Shown here one piece after another: positions 38,298 to 53,379 of a DNA stretch of 64,000 bases. Positions within the stretch are counted from its first letter, which is position 1. Each line of letters starts with the position of its first letter. This DNA is from Pseudovirgaria hyperparasitica. Its lineage: Eukaryota. The translations under genes and the position numbers were made by a program. A model generated the notes under the pieces. That model saw only the letters and a list, made by a program, of their open reading frames with translations, ran no database searches and was not told the DNA's origin. The stretch is taken from the NCBI GenBank assembly GCA_010093815.1, contig ML996574.1. One strand, given 5' to 3'.

Positions 38298-41200
38298 CCT
38301 AGAAGAAGATGTCGATTCTAGGGAAACGTAAATATTCCTCTCTATTAAAGTCTTACGGAGTAGGAATTACCACTTCTATCTAGGTTCGTATGGCGTCGTC
38401 GAGGTGTTCCGTAAGTTATTTATAATAGTTTTCCTTATCGCTACTCTCCTTATTTTCCTTGGTAATTCTTCCGATTAGTAGTCGCGAGGGCTCGTCGTAA
38501 CTCTCGTTACTTATATTTCTTATAAAATATTTCTTTAACCTATAGCTAGGAAACGTCCCTCTAAGCATGGCTCTATTAAGCTCCGCGAGCTTATAAGTAT
38601 AATTAAACATAGACTAGATTCTATATAGCCCCCTCTAATGCTACCTTAGCTTCCGCCCTATATCCTTCTATCGCTACGAGTTATATAGGAGGATAATTAT
38701 ATTAACTAGTAACGACTCTTAACGAAGGTAATAGTCGTTATTCCATGCCTCTTTTAATTCCTTACGCGTTCGTGTCGCGTGGGTATAGGCCTCCTTAAGA
38801 TCCTCGGATCTTCTCTTAAGTTATCTAGCTCGAAGAGCGAGTAAGTCGGACGTTAATCGTATCTTATTCTAAGGGAGCATTCGGAGCGACTCGAATTCGA
38901 CTTCGATAGGCATGATTAGTTTATGGCCGAGCACGAGGTATACGGTACTATACCCTATGCTAGCACGTGTCGTTATTCTATCTATCTAGATAACCGTATA
39001 GAGGTAGTCGGGCTAGTTCTTATATCCGCCATTAGTTATCTTCGCGAGAGCATTAGCGAGTAGTATAAAACTTCTCTTAATAATCCTATTTACTCGGGGA
39101 TTATATATAGACGTAACCTTCTAATAAATTCTATAGAGTCGGAGGAGCTCCTCTATGGCACCTATATTTTCTCTACCACCGTTATAGATAATTTTAGGAA
39201 TGATTCCGTATCTATAGATTACGTTCTTAAAGAGAAACTTTACGACGACTATAGACGTGGCCGCCGTACATGCCTCCGCCTTAGTCTATCCGCTTAGCTA
39301 TTCTCGTATAGATACTACTTTACTATACTCTATAGAAGGTGGTAGTATCGTTACGTCTAAGTATATTCTTTACTAAAGAATAGACGTTATAATATAGTAG
39401 AGCTCTTTATTAAGACCTCCGAGGAGCTTACTTCGTTATTAATATTTATTATAGGTTTTCACGTGCTATCGCACGTCTCTACGCATACCTACCTACTAAT
39501 ACTTATTCTTAATCCTTCCGAGGGTCCCTTTACTACCTCTATAATCTATCTTATCGTGAGTGGTAGTAATTATACACGCCCTAGTATTCGGATCCTTAAT
39601 TACTCGTGTATATTAGCGATACCTATCTCCTCTCCACTAGAGTATTTAGTTATATATAAGGAACTTTAGGTAGTCGGTTATAAAGGCCTTATACGCTTGG
39701 TTAGTTAGGTTAGTTAGCCTCTCGAGTATAGTAAGGTACTTCGTAATCCTCTACTATTTATCGCTATATTTATCTATTAAGGGAGACTTAATGGCGGTAT
39801 AGTCGAGTATCCCTATCGTGTAATCTCTCCCGCTAATAGGCTTAATTAACGACGTCTCTAGTACGTCTATACATAGAGCCATATCCACGAACTCGTCTAG
39901 GTTAAAGATAGGGATGTCTAGTGGTTCTTCTCCTTCGTACATCCGTAAGATACCGTCGGCGACTATATTACGCTTCCTAGGTACGTACCTAACTATAAAG
40001 TTCTATAGCTAAATCCACGCGAGCTACCTAGTAATAAGCGCCCCTAGTAAGTTAGTTACGGTACGGTTAATTTAAGCGACTAGAGTATTCGTGTCTATTT
40101 CTATAATAAAGTACGTACTATAGAGGTATTACTAGAACTTCTATAACGCGTGGAGGAGGGCTCGGTACTCTAGTTTCACGGTATCGTAGTTTCTCTTAGC
40201 TTTTAACCATATTCCTCTATTATACCGCGATAGCTAACGTTTATAATCCTCGTTCTCCTATATTAACGTAGCCCCCCACCTAACGTTACTAGAGTCTACT
40301 ACTAGAATTATATCTCCCGTATCTATCCCGTACCGTAACGTTATTAGTACAGGAGTAGTAGTTAGAGCTATCTTTAGCGCGTCCATCAAGGTCTACTCCT
40401 TAGCTATCTACTACTAGACCGATTTATTCTTTAATAGTATAAATAGCGGCGATATAATAATAGCGTACCCGGGGATCCATATCTAGAAATATATATAAAC
40501 GCTAAGGAAGGCTCGCATATTCGTCGTGTTTTTATAGGGTTTCTAGTCCCTAATAGTAGTAACCTTTTCATTACTCGGTCGCCTCCCTTTAATACCGTAG
40601 ACGTATCCTATAACGTTAGCGGCTTTAATATACTACTAAGTCTTCTTACTACTTAGGGCGTATCCGGCGCGCTCTATATCCGTGAGAACCTTATCCACGT
40701 TAATTAAATATTCTAGGATATACCTACGAATTCTAGGTAGGGCTTCCTTAGAGTTATATTTTATTATAGGTTCTTTAATACCTAAGTTATCTAGGAATAG
40801 TAGAGCCCTCTCCGGGATGTGTTCTTATATAATAGTTAACATGATTCTAACGAACTAAGCTACTAAATTAGTGGCCCCTTAAGGTAATATTATCCCGCGT
40901 AGTAACCCTAGGGGCGTTATAAACCCCGTTAAGTCTCGGTAATACTCTACTAATAGAATCTAATCGTATCCTAAGAAGAAGTCGGTAAACGTTAAGACGG
41001 CTATCCCCGTAAAGTACTCCGAGAATTCTTTATATAAGGGCGGCGTGGCCGCATCACGAATAGTAACTCGGTTAATTTCTATCCCCGAATTAATTAACCT
41101 ATAATCTCGTTCCTTATTAGCTTCCTTCTTCTTTTCCATAAGAAAATAGGCGTTTCGATAAGGACTACTATAGGGCTCGAGCCTTCCGCTATTAAGACGC

Positions 41201-44200
41201 TCTTTTAGGATCGTGAGTACCTTCCTATAAAGGGCTCTAGAAATATTAAAGTTCTTAGCCTACTATACCTTATGTTCTACCGTTCGGATCTTCTACGGAG
41301 GTACTACCTCTTTATTAAATTTACTAAGGTATAAGAATTCCTATACTAGTACTTCCTCGTAATATAATAAGATTATATATAGTAACTTAAGTTCCGCGGG
41401 ACGTAGCTCTATTCTAATCTTTAGCTAACTTATACGTAGAGACGTTAGACGTGTTCCTAGCGGGATAGTTACCCTTCGAGGCTCTATTAGCCTATTAAGC
41501 GCGTTAAGGCCTAGGTGGACGGCCGGAAGAAGTACCTACCGTGCGATTACTTATTCACGCTAGTCTAGATACCCTAATAGATTCCTAGGGACCTTTCGGT
41601 AGGCTTCGGAGTCATCCATAGGGTATACTTTAACTCCCTTTCTTTTATATATGGTGGCTATACTAAATCCCTTTAATACCCTAGAAGAATACCGTCTTTA
41701 GAGGCCGGTGGAGCCTACTATAAGCTATTCTATTATTATACCTTATTTATATACGAAGGCAGCGTACCTCGCCGCCGTAACTAGGGCGGCTAAGTTATCT
41801 TTTCTCGATAACCGAGTAACATTTTTAGGCCGGATTTTCTTAGAAAGTAACTCTATATAACTTATTTCTATATCCGTATAAAAATATATCCTATCCCCTT
41901 TATTAGTAGGTTTACCGGACCCTATTTAGTACGGATTATTAGTTAAGGGTAGCCCTTAACTAATAATCCGGCTTAACTCCGGCTTCTAGCGATATACTCC
42001 GCTATATAGTTAGTCTCTAGCCACGGAGTTACCCTCCTTCTCTAAGACTAGAATATACTCATCCGGACTAGTTTCGAAGGTTATACGTTCTTATCTATAT
42101 ATAGAGTAGACTATTAAGAGTACTTACCCGGAGGCTAACCTCTACACCATAAGTAAGGCCTACCTAGCATATAGCTCCCCTAGGATAAGGTTATAATTAA
42201 GTTTACTATATATAAATATCGAAGTGGCCGTAACGATCCGACCTATATAGATAGGGTATTACTATACTATTCCTACGAATAGAGTGCTATACTAAGTAGT
42301 ACTAACTAAACTTAAGTTCTTTATATATAGTAGAAGCGAAGATATCGCTAGCCCGAGACGCCTCGTAGCATCTAGTCGAATACTATTTATCTACGCGCTA
42401 CTATCGAATAGTACTATACTAGTCGCCCTTTTAGGACCAACTTCCACGGGGTACCTTAGACACTCGGCTACTAGCCTTACTATCTCTTCCTTAAGCTAAT
42501 TAATATCTCGTTACATGATAGCCGTCCCTATAGCATAGAGGGGTACTAATATATTAAGTTTATTTATCTCAGAAGCCATAGCATGGTCGTTTCTTCCTTT
42601 CTTCTCGGCTCTCTCCTCTTAAGCCTTATAGACCTCTCTAGCTATAAAGTCGGGGGCGCCCTTCTCAAACACCGCACGACATAAGTCACTATTAAGACTT
42701 AATAGTTCGCTAATAGTAATATTTATAGTTGTCCCTAGAACGCGCACTAGCCATGCTTCGCTAGCTTCTATACTTAGCCGCTATCCCTCGCGTAGATAGT
42801 TATTAAGCTTAACGCCTCGGATACGTGCCTTTTAACTAGGATTTAGGCTATCCCCTTTATCTATCTTATCCTTAGACGCCGTTAGCTCTTATTTAGACGT
42901 TCCCTAGTTACTACTCTTCTTACCGTCCTTCTATTCCTTAATAATTCTTATATACTACCCTTCACGCATTCCGCGGAGATAGACGATCTTTCTTTCCTTA
43001 GTATAATTAGATGTACTCTTCGTGATCCCCCTTCTAGATATTACGAGTATAGCGGGCTCTTCTAGGGCTATCTCCTTACGGATATATCTATTACTAGCTA
43101 CGTCGAAGCGTTCGTGGAATTCTATATATCTATCTTTCTTACTCTCGGGCGACGTAACTTCTTCTTCCGAATCGCTATCCGCCGAGGCCTAGTAGGGACC
43201 CTTTATAGATTTTATACTAATACTATATACTAGTACTCCCTATAAAGCGTTAATATTTACTATAGACGTGGAAACCTTCACTCCCCCTCCGTACTAGCTT
43301 AGGCTATTTTAAACCGTTACTACGTAGTTCCGGATAGTTTATAGAGTAGCTTATAACCCTACCGAGGAGGGTAGTAATAGGATTTCTTCTCCGTTTACCC
43401 CGAAACGCCCTTAGAATACTCGCACCCCGTTAATATTTAGTAATCCGTCTCTAATATATCCTACTATCTCCGGACATCTATATATTAGGTAATCTCCTCT
43501 ATATATAATGCATACGATCGGTCTTCGAGGCCTATCCTAGGCTATAACGCCTTCTTAGAAGTCTCGGGTAGAGACGTATTCTCTATTCTATATATAATTC
43601 TATAGATAAACTTACGTTAGTTCTATAGGCATGCCTCGTACTTAGGGGTATATTAAAAGATTTAGCCTTCGCGCCTACTAGTTAATAATAGCCGAAAGTA
43701 GCTTAGGTTCGTACTTCTTAAGGGATGGGAATAAGAGATTAGAGGTAAAGTAGGACTTCATCTTAATTAACGTGAGGTCTAGTTTACTAAATCTCTCTAC
43801 TATCTCGTTAAACTTATCCGATTCTAGCGCGATATATACTTCGACTAGAGAGGGGTGGCTAAATTTATTAGTTCTTCTTTCTTTATATAACTACTCTTCT
43901 AAGCTAGTCTTCTTACTCCCTATCTTTAATTTATAGTATATGGCTATGGCTAGCTCTTGTGCGGCTAAGTACTTATTAATACGAGCTAGTTCCTTAAGTA
44001 CTCTAGCCTTTCGTAATACGAAGCCATAGATAATTACCTAGTCATAACTATATACTTCTATCGTGAGTTAACATTTCTCTATAGCCCGAGCCTTAAGACT
44101 ATTAGGCAGCCCTTCTAGGAAGAGCTCTATTCGCGAATATAAGCTTAGGTTTCCTTTAGCCGTAAGTTTCTCTATAATAATATAATACCGGGAGTAGTAT

Positions 44201-44925
44201 ATAGGGAGAGAGTAGAATAGGTCTACTTTAACCATTTCCACGTATTTTCGGATAAAGTAGATGGTACCTTCCTCGAGGGCGGAGTTAAATAGAGAGAATT
44301 CCTTTAATAATTCTTTACGTAGCGTGGCCTACTACTATTTCTAAAACCTACTTATTTCTTTAATGGTAGGACGGAGATAGTCCTCGTAGTATGACGGTAG
44401 GGAGGTTATCTTCTTATTAGGTGGAACTTTATAGTTTATATATATGTCCTCGTACTTCCGAAGGAAGGCCGTAATATTTATTCCTTTAAAGCGCTTAGGG
44501 GCTAGAGTAGATAGAGATACTATCCTTCCTTATCGCGCAAATACTACGAAGAAGTTAAGTATCTCTCTACGAGTTACTAGGTCGTTATTTTAAGCTCCTA
44601 TCGCACCATTACTAGTAGTAGGTATACTAGTGGAGACGCTGGGGGTAAGGTTATTAGTTAAGGGATTACCTTAACTAAAGGTTAGCCTAATGCGTCTACC
44701 TATAACACCTATCATCCCTTCTCCATGTTAATTAATCCCTTTATAAGGTAAACTATTACTATTATCTTCATTAATATAAGGTTCACGGTATCCTACTTAT
44801 ATTATTATCTTCGTGTAAGGCGTTCCTAAAGTAGTATACTCGTGTGGCCGTGTTTATAAATAATAGCTATAGTAGTACTAAACAGGTTATATTTATCGTT
44901 TTTAAACTCTTCTTTACTACTTCAT
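38298..44925 (-). pseudogene. gag-pol polyprotein of B2; ends approximate
   Basis: Colinear with B1 gag-pol. Track ORFs 38416-38610 and 39754-39942 are in-frame fragments. Confidence 0.9.
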
Positions 44926-47853
44926 CTAGCCCTATTTTATATCCTATTCCCCTAAGACATTTTCGAGTCGCGCTATCACCTATGTTAGTATGTATATGCT
45001 TTTTACGGCTACTTTTAAGAGGCTAGCCCCTAGCGACTCCGGACTCCCTGTTTTCTAGACTCGTAGCTTCGATCTAGTAAGTCTAGACTACCTTATTAGG
45101 CACGCCATATACTTCCCCTAAGCTAGTTTCGGAGTCCTAATCTCCCCCTATAAGTTTATAGTCCGGGTACGACCTCTAATATTATAGTAAGCTATCGCTA
45201 CGTGTGTCCCTTTTTATAAATAGCTATGTTCTTAGTATAGTAGTCGCGACGAACTTATAAGTATCTCTCCTAGGTATTATAAGTTCTCTTTAAACGCACG
45301 ACTTCTTATTAGTTCTCTTTTACGATAGGACGGGTCTATATAATACTCTTAATTAATTCTTTAATAGCTAAGCCTAATAATTAATACCCATAGAGGCCTA
45401 TAAACGTAAGGAAAGGTCGAATCGTCGAATATTAGTAATGGGGGAAGCGTGCCGAGTAGAATGACCGAGGAAAACGCCCTCCTTAAATATATAATAAAGC
45501 CATGTAATCGAGCTAGGGACATATACATGTGGGGCTGTAGGAGCGGCCTTCTATATTACCTTTATTAATTAGTCTAAAGATTTACTAACTAGCGGTAATA
45601 GATAACGATTCTTCTTAGTTACTATATTTAGTATCTAATAGTTAACGTATAGACATAAACTTCTATCTTTCTTCTTTACGAAGAGAATAGATGCGCTAGC
45701 TAATAATATACTATAACGTATCTAGTCTCTTCTAAGGTATTCTTTAATATATTTATAAAGAACTTTAAGTTCTAGTCTTAAAAGTAGGTAAAGTAGGCTA
45801 TAAGGGACGTCTACTCCCTCTTTAAGCTCGATCTTTAGCTTATACGGCCCGTAATTAGAGAGAAGTAACGTATCTTCTACTAAAAATATATCCGTATACT
45901 ATAAATATACGTTAGATAGCGTGTCTTCGCCCTAATTATTACTATTATTCTTATCTTTATTAATGATTAATAAGAATATAAGATAGATTAGTAACGATCG
46001 GGTCTATATGGTGAGGTTCTATACCTCCTTACTAATAGTTATAACTTACTAGTATAATTTACTACGGTATTATCGGAACGTTAATATCCCCTTCTAAAAA
46101 TTAAGGATGGGGTTTAGATGTCTAAGCTTAGGTATCCCTAGAATTATATTCTATTAGCTAATATTAGCCACGATAAATTTATTAGACATCTACTATTTTA
46201 TTATCTTTAAGTTATAAACTTCGTAATTTATTATAGCTTTATCTAAAGTTCTAACTTTATATCTATTAACTATAATAGTTCGGCTAACTTTACCGAGATC
46301 GTACGATAATCTATACTTCTTTATAAGAATTAACGAAATATAGTTATCTTCTATACTAGTATCTACGAGGGCCTATATAGTTTTATTACCATTTACTATA
46401 GGTAATAATACTTTTAGTAATATTAGGTCTTTACTTACCGGAAGGCGCTACGGCTCCTTCTAAGTATAATTTAGCTAAGGACGCGGTTAGGTCTCATGTA
46501 CTAGTCTATTCTTTTTTCGGATTCTTATAGTTAGGCGAAATATATTATATTTCTCTATACTTATAGTAACGAAGTATACTATAATCCTACTATTTTATAA
46601 TAGGCGTTATATTTAAGTCTATGCCTTATCCTTTTCCGTGTTAAGAAGCACCGCCTTAACTATTTTAGTATTCTCTTAACGCGTTTCTACTCTAATTTAT
46701 ACTCTTCTAGCGCTAATCGTAGTAAGATTACTCTTAATCGAATATATTTAATTAACCTCGTTTCTAACCCGTATAGGGTTCATCGGTTTTACCTAGAGAG
46801 CCACGTTCCTTAAGGATGCGGTAGTATTTATTAGCTTTCTTCTCTAATTTATATAGATAGTTAAAACTTAATAATACTATTTCTAGTCTTTCGCGGATTA
46901 ACGGAAGTAGTACTTTATAAAACTAGAATATATAAATATTTTTCTATAGTATAGGGATATTATTCTATAGGTTTTAGAGGTATTATAGTAGTTAAGTAGG
47001 TGTCTAGTTCGGTCGTTATACCACGCTTCTTAACTTAGATAGTACCTTTCTTTCACGTTCTCTATCCGTTCCGAGGGTATTTAGTATAAATATAGCTAAA
47101 TATTTCTAGGTTATTATAGATAGTAGCTATACTTCCTTCTATCTATCCTATTAATTATAGAATTATAAGTCTAGGTATCGTTCTCCGAACGAAATACGTT
47201 ATACTTTAGTAGAAAAGAGTAGAGGGTTATCGAGAAAGTACTTTTCGTAGTCTCTCTTCTAGTCTTTCTACTCCTTTTAGTTCTTCTCTATAAATATAGT
47301 TAGGTCTTTAGGTTTTAGTATATCTAGAGAAGAAGTAGGGTAAATCGGTAACGAAGCGGCCGGGTATACGGTGGATTATCGTAACTCTAATAGTAGGTGA
47401 ACTAATTCCGCCTAAATTAGTATAGGAAGTCGTCCACCTACTATCGTTCAGCTTAGTTCTTTAAGAGACTCCTTAAGTTCTTATCTCTTTACGAGGAGTT
47501 TCGCGTATTCTACCTATTCTTTAAGGGTTTAAATCTCTCGAGCCTAATTCGCGATATATTTCTAAAGTTCGGCGATAGTTTATTATAATACCTCGCGTGG
47601 CTCCGCCACGACTCATTATCCGGCTTTATATTATTAGAAGTTACTTAGCGTATCTACTATTTCTTCGTCTAAAAGCTCCGTGATTCGGTCTAATATTTCT
47701 ACTTCTTAGTTAGAAATAGCCGGGATTAATACTAATTATAGAGGATCCCTATTATTTAATATAGTATTACTTATCTCTATAGTGGATCGTGTCGACCTTC
47801 TCGGTTCTAGTTAGACTATCTTAACTATAGTACTATATAGAGAGTAATTTAAA

Positions 47854-48081
47854 TATAAGAATAGGGTTATTAGATAGTAGTATAGTTAGATAGAATAATA
47901 GGGTGTATTCTATTATAGAACGAATTACTACCGAACCCTTTCGGTAGAAATCCGAGAGTATATATATAAAGGGACGCCGATCTATCTAGCACGTAACTAT
48001 TTACCGCCCTTCACGTCACCTCCTAACCCTATTAGCTAAGGTACGTGTAGGTCGGGTCCTACCTAAGGCTAAGTCCTAACA
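47854..48081 (-). repeat. 5' LTR of element E
   Basis: Matches 21370-21396 + 29153-29353. Minus strand starts TGTTAGGAC. Confidence 0.93.
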
Positions 48082-50401
48082 CTAAGGGTCTTAACGTTCT
48101 CTAGGGTATAATTTCCTTAGTTTTCTAGTTAATTATAGGGTTAACTTCTTTAAGCTATAGTATTTCTAGGATTAAGTTATATTATTCTAGGTCTACTATA
48201 TCTAGTTATAATTATTAGTATTCTACTATTAAGACTAAATCTAGAGGTTCTATTTCTAAGTATACTATTCTATTAGTATATTCTATATTAAGTTCTTTAA
48301 ACGTAGATAATTTATATAGTTCTTCTTTACTATTATAGGGTATTTTTAGTTTATCTACTATGGTTAGAGAGATAAAATTAGACTATACTCTACTATTAAT
48401 TAGTACCTTAATAGAGCGTTTTTAATAGAGCTAAATTTTAAGAGATATTCGTGTTTTATTATCTAAGTTACTAATAGATATAAGAGATTTTTTTTTTTAG
48501 CTCGGTTATTTCTCTTAGTGCGTCCGGTCTTCCTAGTTTTTTTATAGCTTACTAAGTTTCTATTCTATTTCTTATATAAGTTAGATTATAGATTAAACTT
48601 ATTTCTTAATTTTATCTAAGTCTACTTAAAGATTATACTATATAATAGCCTTAGATATTAGATAGGTTCGGCACGTAACATCCGGGCATTAGATATATTA
48701 GTTCTCCGGGTAAATCTTATTTTCTATCTATTTTAATATAAAGTAGTTTTTATTAGCTTCCTTAGTAATTATTTTATACTATTATATATCTTTATCCTTA
48801 AAGACTTTTAGAATTACTTAATTTTAATACTATTATAGAAACTATTTCTAGGTTTACTTCTTATAAAGATAATAAAGATAGTTATTATAGAGATAGATAA
48901 TCTAGAAAGTCTTACTATATTCCTCGTGGTAGGGTAAAATAAGTTAGTTATCTTCTAGTTAGGTTTCTATATCTCTTAAAGGTAGGTCTCTATTATCCTT
49001 ACTTATATATTTTCTATAATAATAGATAATATAGTACGTAATAGAGTCTTAGTTTATTATTAACTTATTATATAGTTCTTCTATAGTAAGGTTTTCTTTC
49101 TTACTATCTTTCTTAGTAGTACTTCCTTTAATTATTACTTCTTTAGATACCGTTTCTTTAGTTAGTTTAGATCTTCTTATTACTTCTAAGTACTTCTATA
49201 GTTCTATTTTTTCGTAAAGTAATAGGGGTTATTTACTAGCTATTAAAATATTTCTTTTCTTTAGATACTAACCTACACTATCTTTTTCTAACTTATATAT
49301 AAAATAGAGGTCGTTAGTATAACTAGTCTATAATATAGCTATATAAGGTACTTCTTCTTTTTCTATAGTAAAGTTTCCTTATCTTAGTACTAGATCTTTA
49401 ATCTAATTTTTCTTATTCTTATTTTTCGGGTATTCGTGGGCGTAGTACCCCTTTTCTTTATAGTAGAGATACTTACCTTCTTTCTTTAGTTACTCCCTTT
49501 CTTTATTAGATAGACGTTTTATCTATAAGGCGCTAAGCTCTATAGGTACGGGTCTATTATAGAATCCCTTATATAAGTAGTTTAGGGCTCTATTAACGTA
49601 GCCCTTTCTTATATCTTATTTAAGTACGGGTTAAAAGACCTTCTTCCCTCTTTTCTTATAGCGTCTCTTATATAGTTAGTTATTAATCTAGACTACTAGC
49701 TTAATATACTTCTAAAGGTCGGTAGGACGGTCTCTCTCTCTAGAGATTTTATCCTTAACGTTATTATATAGTCTCGTATAGAACTAAAGGATTAGAGATT
49801 TATCATCCTATCCTAGCTAACTAGAGATTTATTAGAATTTAGAGGCGTAGTTAGACGTAGATTTTATCTAGACTATTTACTAGATCCGTCTCTTAGCTAT
49901 CCTTTATTTATCTATATCTCTAAAAGTTATCTTAATATATTCCTCGAATTCTTTAAAGTATTTAAAGACCTTAGTAGTATTATTCTATTAATTCTACGGA
50001 TCGTTTTCTATAAAGTCTCTTAAGTAGAGTTTAAACTAAGCGAGTACGTCTCCCTTTAGTAGTCTAGTAGCGAATATAACTTATTCTTCTAGGTCCTAAA
50101 TTTAATAGGCCTAGAGGTATATTCTAATCTATATTAGGAATCCTTAGAGTTCGCTTTACTTACCTTTAAAAGGTTCTAGAACTTTTCTTTTAAAGCCCTC
50201 TTTAGCTTTTCTAAGTTTAATATTTTCCCTTTAGAGCTCTACGACTTACTTCTCTAATTCTATAATAAGGTATCTAACTTATTCTATAGTTAGTACTTAT
50301 AGAGTAGTTTACGAAGATAAGAACTATCTATTATTTACTATTTTATATTTAAATAGATAGCGTAAATACTTACTTTAGAGTCTAAGTAGAAGTAATTAAA
50401 C

Positions 50402-50840
50402 TATAATAAACCTTCTCTAATAAGGATACGGCTTATCCCTAAAGTAGTCTATTCTATAGAGTATTCTAGCTTTTCTAAAGATAAAGGTACTTAGAAGACT
50501 TAGAGGAGTATAAGTAGGTTTATAGTAAGTATTAATAGGGTATAAATAGTAACTAGCTAGTAGGCGAGTAAAGTAGTAATTATATCGGTATAAGTTTAAA
50601 TTAATTACTATAGAACTATCTCTAGAGATTAGGTCTAAAGGGTCTATATAGTTCTACTAAGGTCCTCTAATTAGAATACTTATTCTAAGTATTTAGTATA
50701 TTACTTCGAATACTAATATTCTATTTCTAATTACCTAGTAGACTACTTAGAATACCTATTCTAAGTATCTATAATTAGCTCTCTCTATAGGTATCTATCT
50801 CGGCCTTAGATTACTATCTAAGGCTACCTATCGTATTATA
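50402..50840 (-). repeat. Probable 5' LTR of element C (boundaries inferred, partner not in window)
   Basis: Lies between the C gag start and the LINE. RIP-altered TG...CA-like ends. An internal segment is complementary to the adjacent leader GTTTAATTACT. Confidence 0.55.
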
Positions 50841-53332
50841 GGTACCTCTTCTACATACTATACTATTTCTTATACTACTCGTGCTAGAGTCTACGTATCC
50901 CCCTATGGCTCTAGCTAGTAATTTATTATACCTTAGATACTAATATACCCTAGCTTCTACTAGGTATATCTCTACTATTAGTATAATAGAAATAGCTATA
51001 TAATAGTATATTCTAGAATAACTAAATTACTATCTAGAAAATAAAGAATAACTAAGAGTATAAAATATTATAAATAACTAAGATAGAGAGAACTCTACTT
51101 AGAGATACTCTTATAGATAAAATTAAATACTAAATAATATATATAGAAAGAAAGATTAAGAAAAGAGAAACTATTCTTCTTAATATCTTCTAGAGTCTAG
51201 TCTAGAATATCTAAGAACTTACTATGAAAGTAAAAAAGATACTAGAGTTAAACATAGAATCTAGACTAGACTAGATTAAGACTAGTCTATTAAAGATCTA
51301 AATAGATCTTATTTAAGAAAAATATTCTAATATATAGATATAAGTTACTATACTAATAGATAGTATAACTAGAATAGCTTAAATACTAAGAATATCTAAG
51401 AAAGAAGTATATAATATATAAGTTACTATCTAGAATAAGAAAGGATTTATATAGGTCTAGTAAGTATCTCTAAAGGATATTATTAATAAAATTAATAAAT
51501 TAAAAAAAATATAGTTAAATATAGTTATAGCTAAACTTACTCTAGAAGATATAATATTAACTACTACTACTAATATAGTCTAGTAGACTATCTTTTATAA
51601 TCTAAATGAAATAAATAATATCTTCCCTAGTATATCTATTTATATAAATATATATCTAATATAGATATATACTATCTTTATCTAGAGCTATATTATTATA
51701 AATAATAATATTAAGTAAATAGAGTAATCTAGTTAGTAGAAGTACTCTAGAATTAAGATTATAAAGATATAATAGAAAAATATATAGAGAATTAAGGTAA
51801 AATTAAAAAAGAATACTCCATTATAATAGTAGATCTTAGAGACTCTACTTTTATTTATAGAATTATATAAGAAGACTTCTTAGCTAAAGAAGAACTACTT
51901 ATAGTAGAACTATAGAACTAGATATAGATAATAATCTAATACTTTAATTATTAAGGGTATAAATATACTAGATAGAGATACTCTTAAAAGTCTATATATA
52001 GCTAGTATTATTAGAGCTATAGTATCTAAGAATACCTCTATAGAGTCTAGAGTAATAGTATATATAATAGAAATACTACTAAGTACTCTAACTATAATAG
52101 AAAATACCTATTCTAGTTAGTAATATATATAAAATATAAATAAGTTACTAAGTATATTAATACTATAAAGGTAAGAGAAATAAGATAGATATACTAGACT
52201 ATAAGGTCTCTAGTAACTACTCTAATCTTACTAACTACTCTAATCTTATTTATAAATATATTAATTAATCTATAAGGGGATAGTAATAATATATAATAGT
52301 ATACTATATAGAGAAAGATAGACTAATCTAGAGATATACTTAAAGTAGCTACTATATAAGGGTAATTACGCCTTAATATAACTAGTATATAGACTTAAGC
52401 TTTCTCTAATATCTAATAAGAAGTTAGAATACCCTTATTATTATATAGATGAATATATAATATAAATAAGAAAACTAGATAACGCTCTTAGAGAAGATAG
52501 ATACTATAATAATAGCTATCTAGAAACTATATAAATACTACTAAACTAATAAACGAAAAATATACCTAGAGTATTATACTATCTACTCTTTAAGTCTAGA
52601 TAGAAGAGTTCTATTCTATATATATAAATTAATCCCGCTCTTAGAGTAGTTCTATATAGAATAAGATAATCTCTAAATAATACTATATCTCTAGATACAT
52701 ATAAGACCTCTCTATATGTATAATATTTATAACTAAAGAGAATTACTTATACTAGATACTATACTAGAGAGTATTATAATATAAGAATAATATATTCTTC
52801 TAGATAGCTTTAATCTCTACTATAGATAGTAGAGAGACTTAATAGTTATAAGAGAAGAACTTAGAATAAGAGAACTCTATATAAGGTACTATAACCTTTT
52901 ATACCTTCTTATACTAGTTAGATAAATTATATAAAGAAAATATAAATAGAATAAGAAGAGATCTATACTTAACCTTACTCTTACTATAGAATATATAAGC
53001 TATAGAGTATAATACTACTATCTAAGTAAGATATAGATAGACTCTAACTATAAGTATATAGAGACTATAATAGATATATTTATATCTAATAAATAATATA
53101 GAAGATAGCTATAAAAAGATACTAACTAGAAGAAATATATAGAGGACCTAGAATTAGTAATTCTAGATCTCTCTATAGTTAATATATCTAATAGTCTAGC
53201 TATAGATAGAGCTATATAAGTCCTTCTTTAAGTCTTCTAAGACTTAAGAAATAAATATATATTATACTAACTATATAAGTCTCTAGATATAAAGAGTATA
53301 CCTTAAATATAAGAAAGTAGATAGAAAGCCCG

Positions 53333-53379
<47 letters not shown>

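Larger units (their letters stand above)
34141..45555 (-). mobile_element. Full-length Ty3/gypsy family B copy B2 (11,415 bp), inserted in the RT of element E
   Basis: 373-bp LTRs at 34141-34513 and 45183-45555. TTAC on both flanks (34137-34140, 45556-45559). Colinear with B1 at a constant offset of 31,008. Confidence 0.96.
21370..48081 (-). mobile_element. Ty3/gypsy chromovirus family E, complete but split by D, a solo LTR and B2
   Basis: 228-bp LTRs (21370-21396 + 29153-29353, and 47854-48081). Perfect TSD CTAAG at 21365-21369 and 48082-48086. PPT at 29354-29370. Protease ALVDT[S/G] ~46365, RT VYLD[N/D] ~33925, integrase ~31900-32520, chromodomain ~31320-31560. Confidence 0.93.
18784..50840 (-). 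mobile_element. Ty3/gypsy element family C (old, very AT-rich). Own sequence is 18784-21369 and 48087-50840; hosts A1 and E
   Basis: Minus-strand integrase (18784-~19600), RNase H (~19950-20220) and RT (~20400-21150). Across the CTAAG TSD it continues into protease (LIDSG-like, ~48390), gag with CCHC knuckle (~49430-49480) and a probable 5' LTR. Confidence 0.85.

Noticed and set aside
50670..50825. Short palindromes in the putative C LTR
   Set aside because: The arms are short, the DNA is RIP-saturated and TA-rich (which inflates symmetry), and no second copy is available for confirmation.
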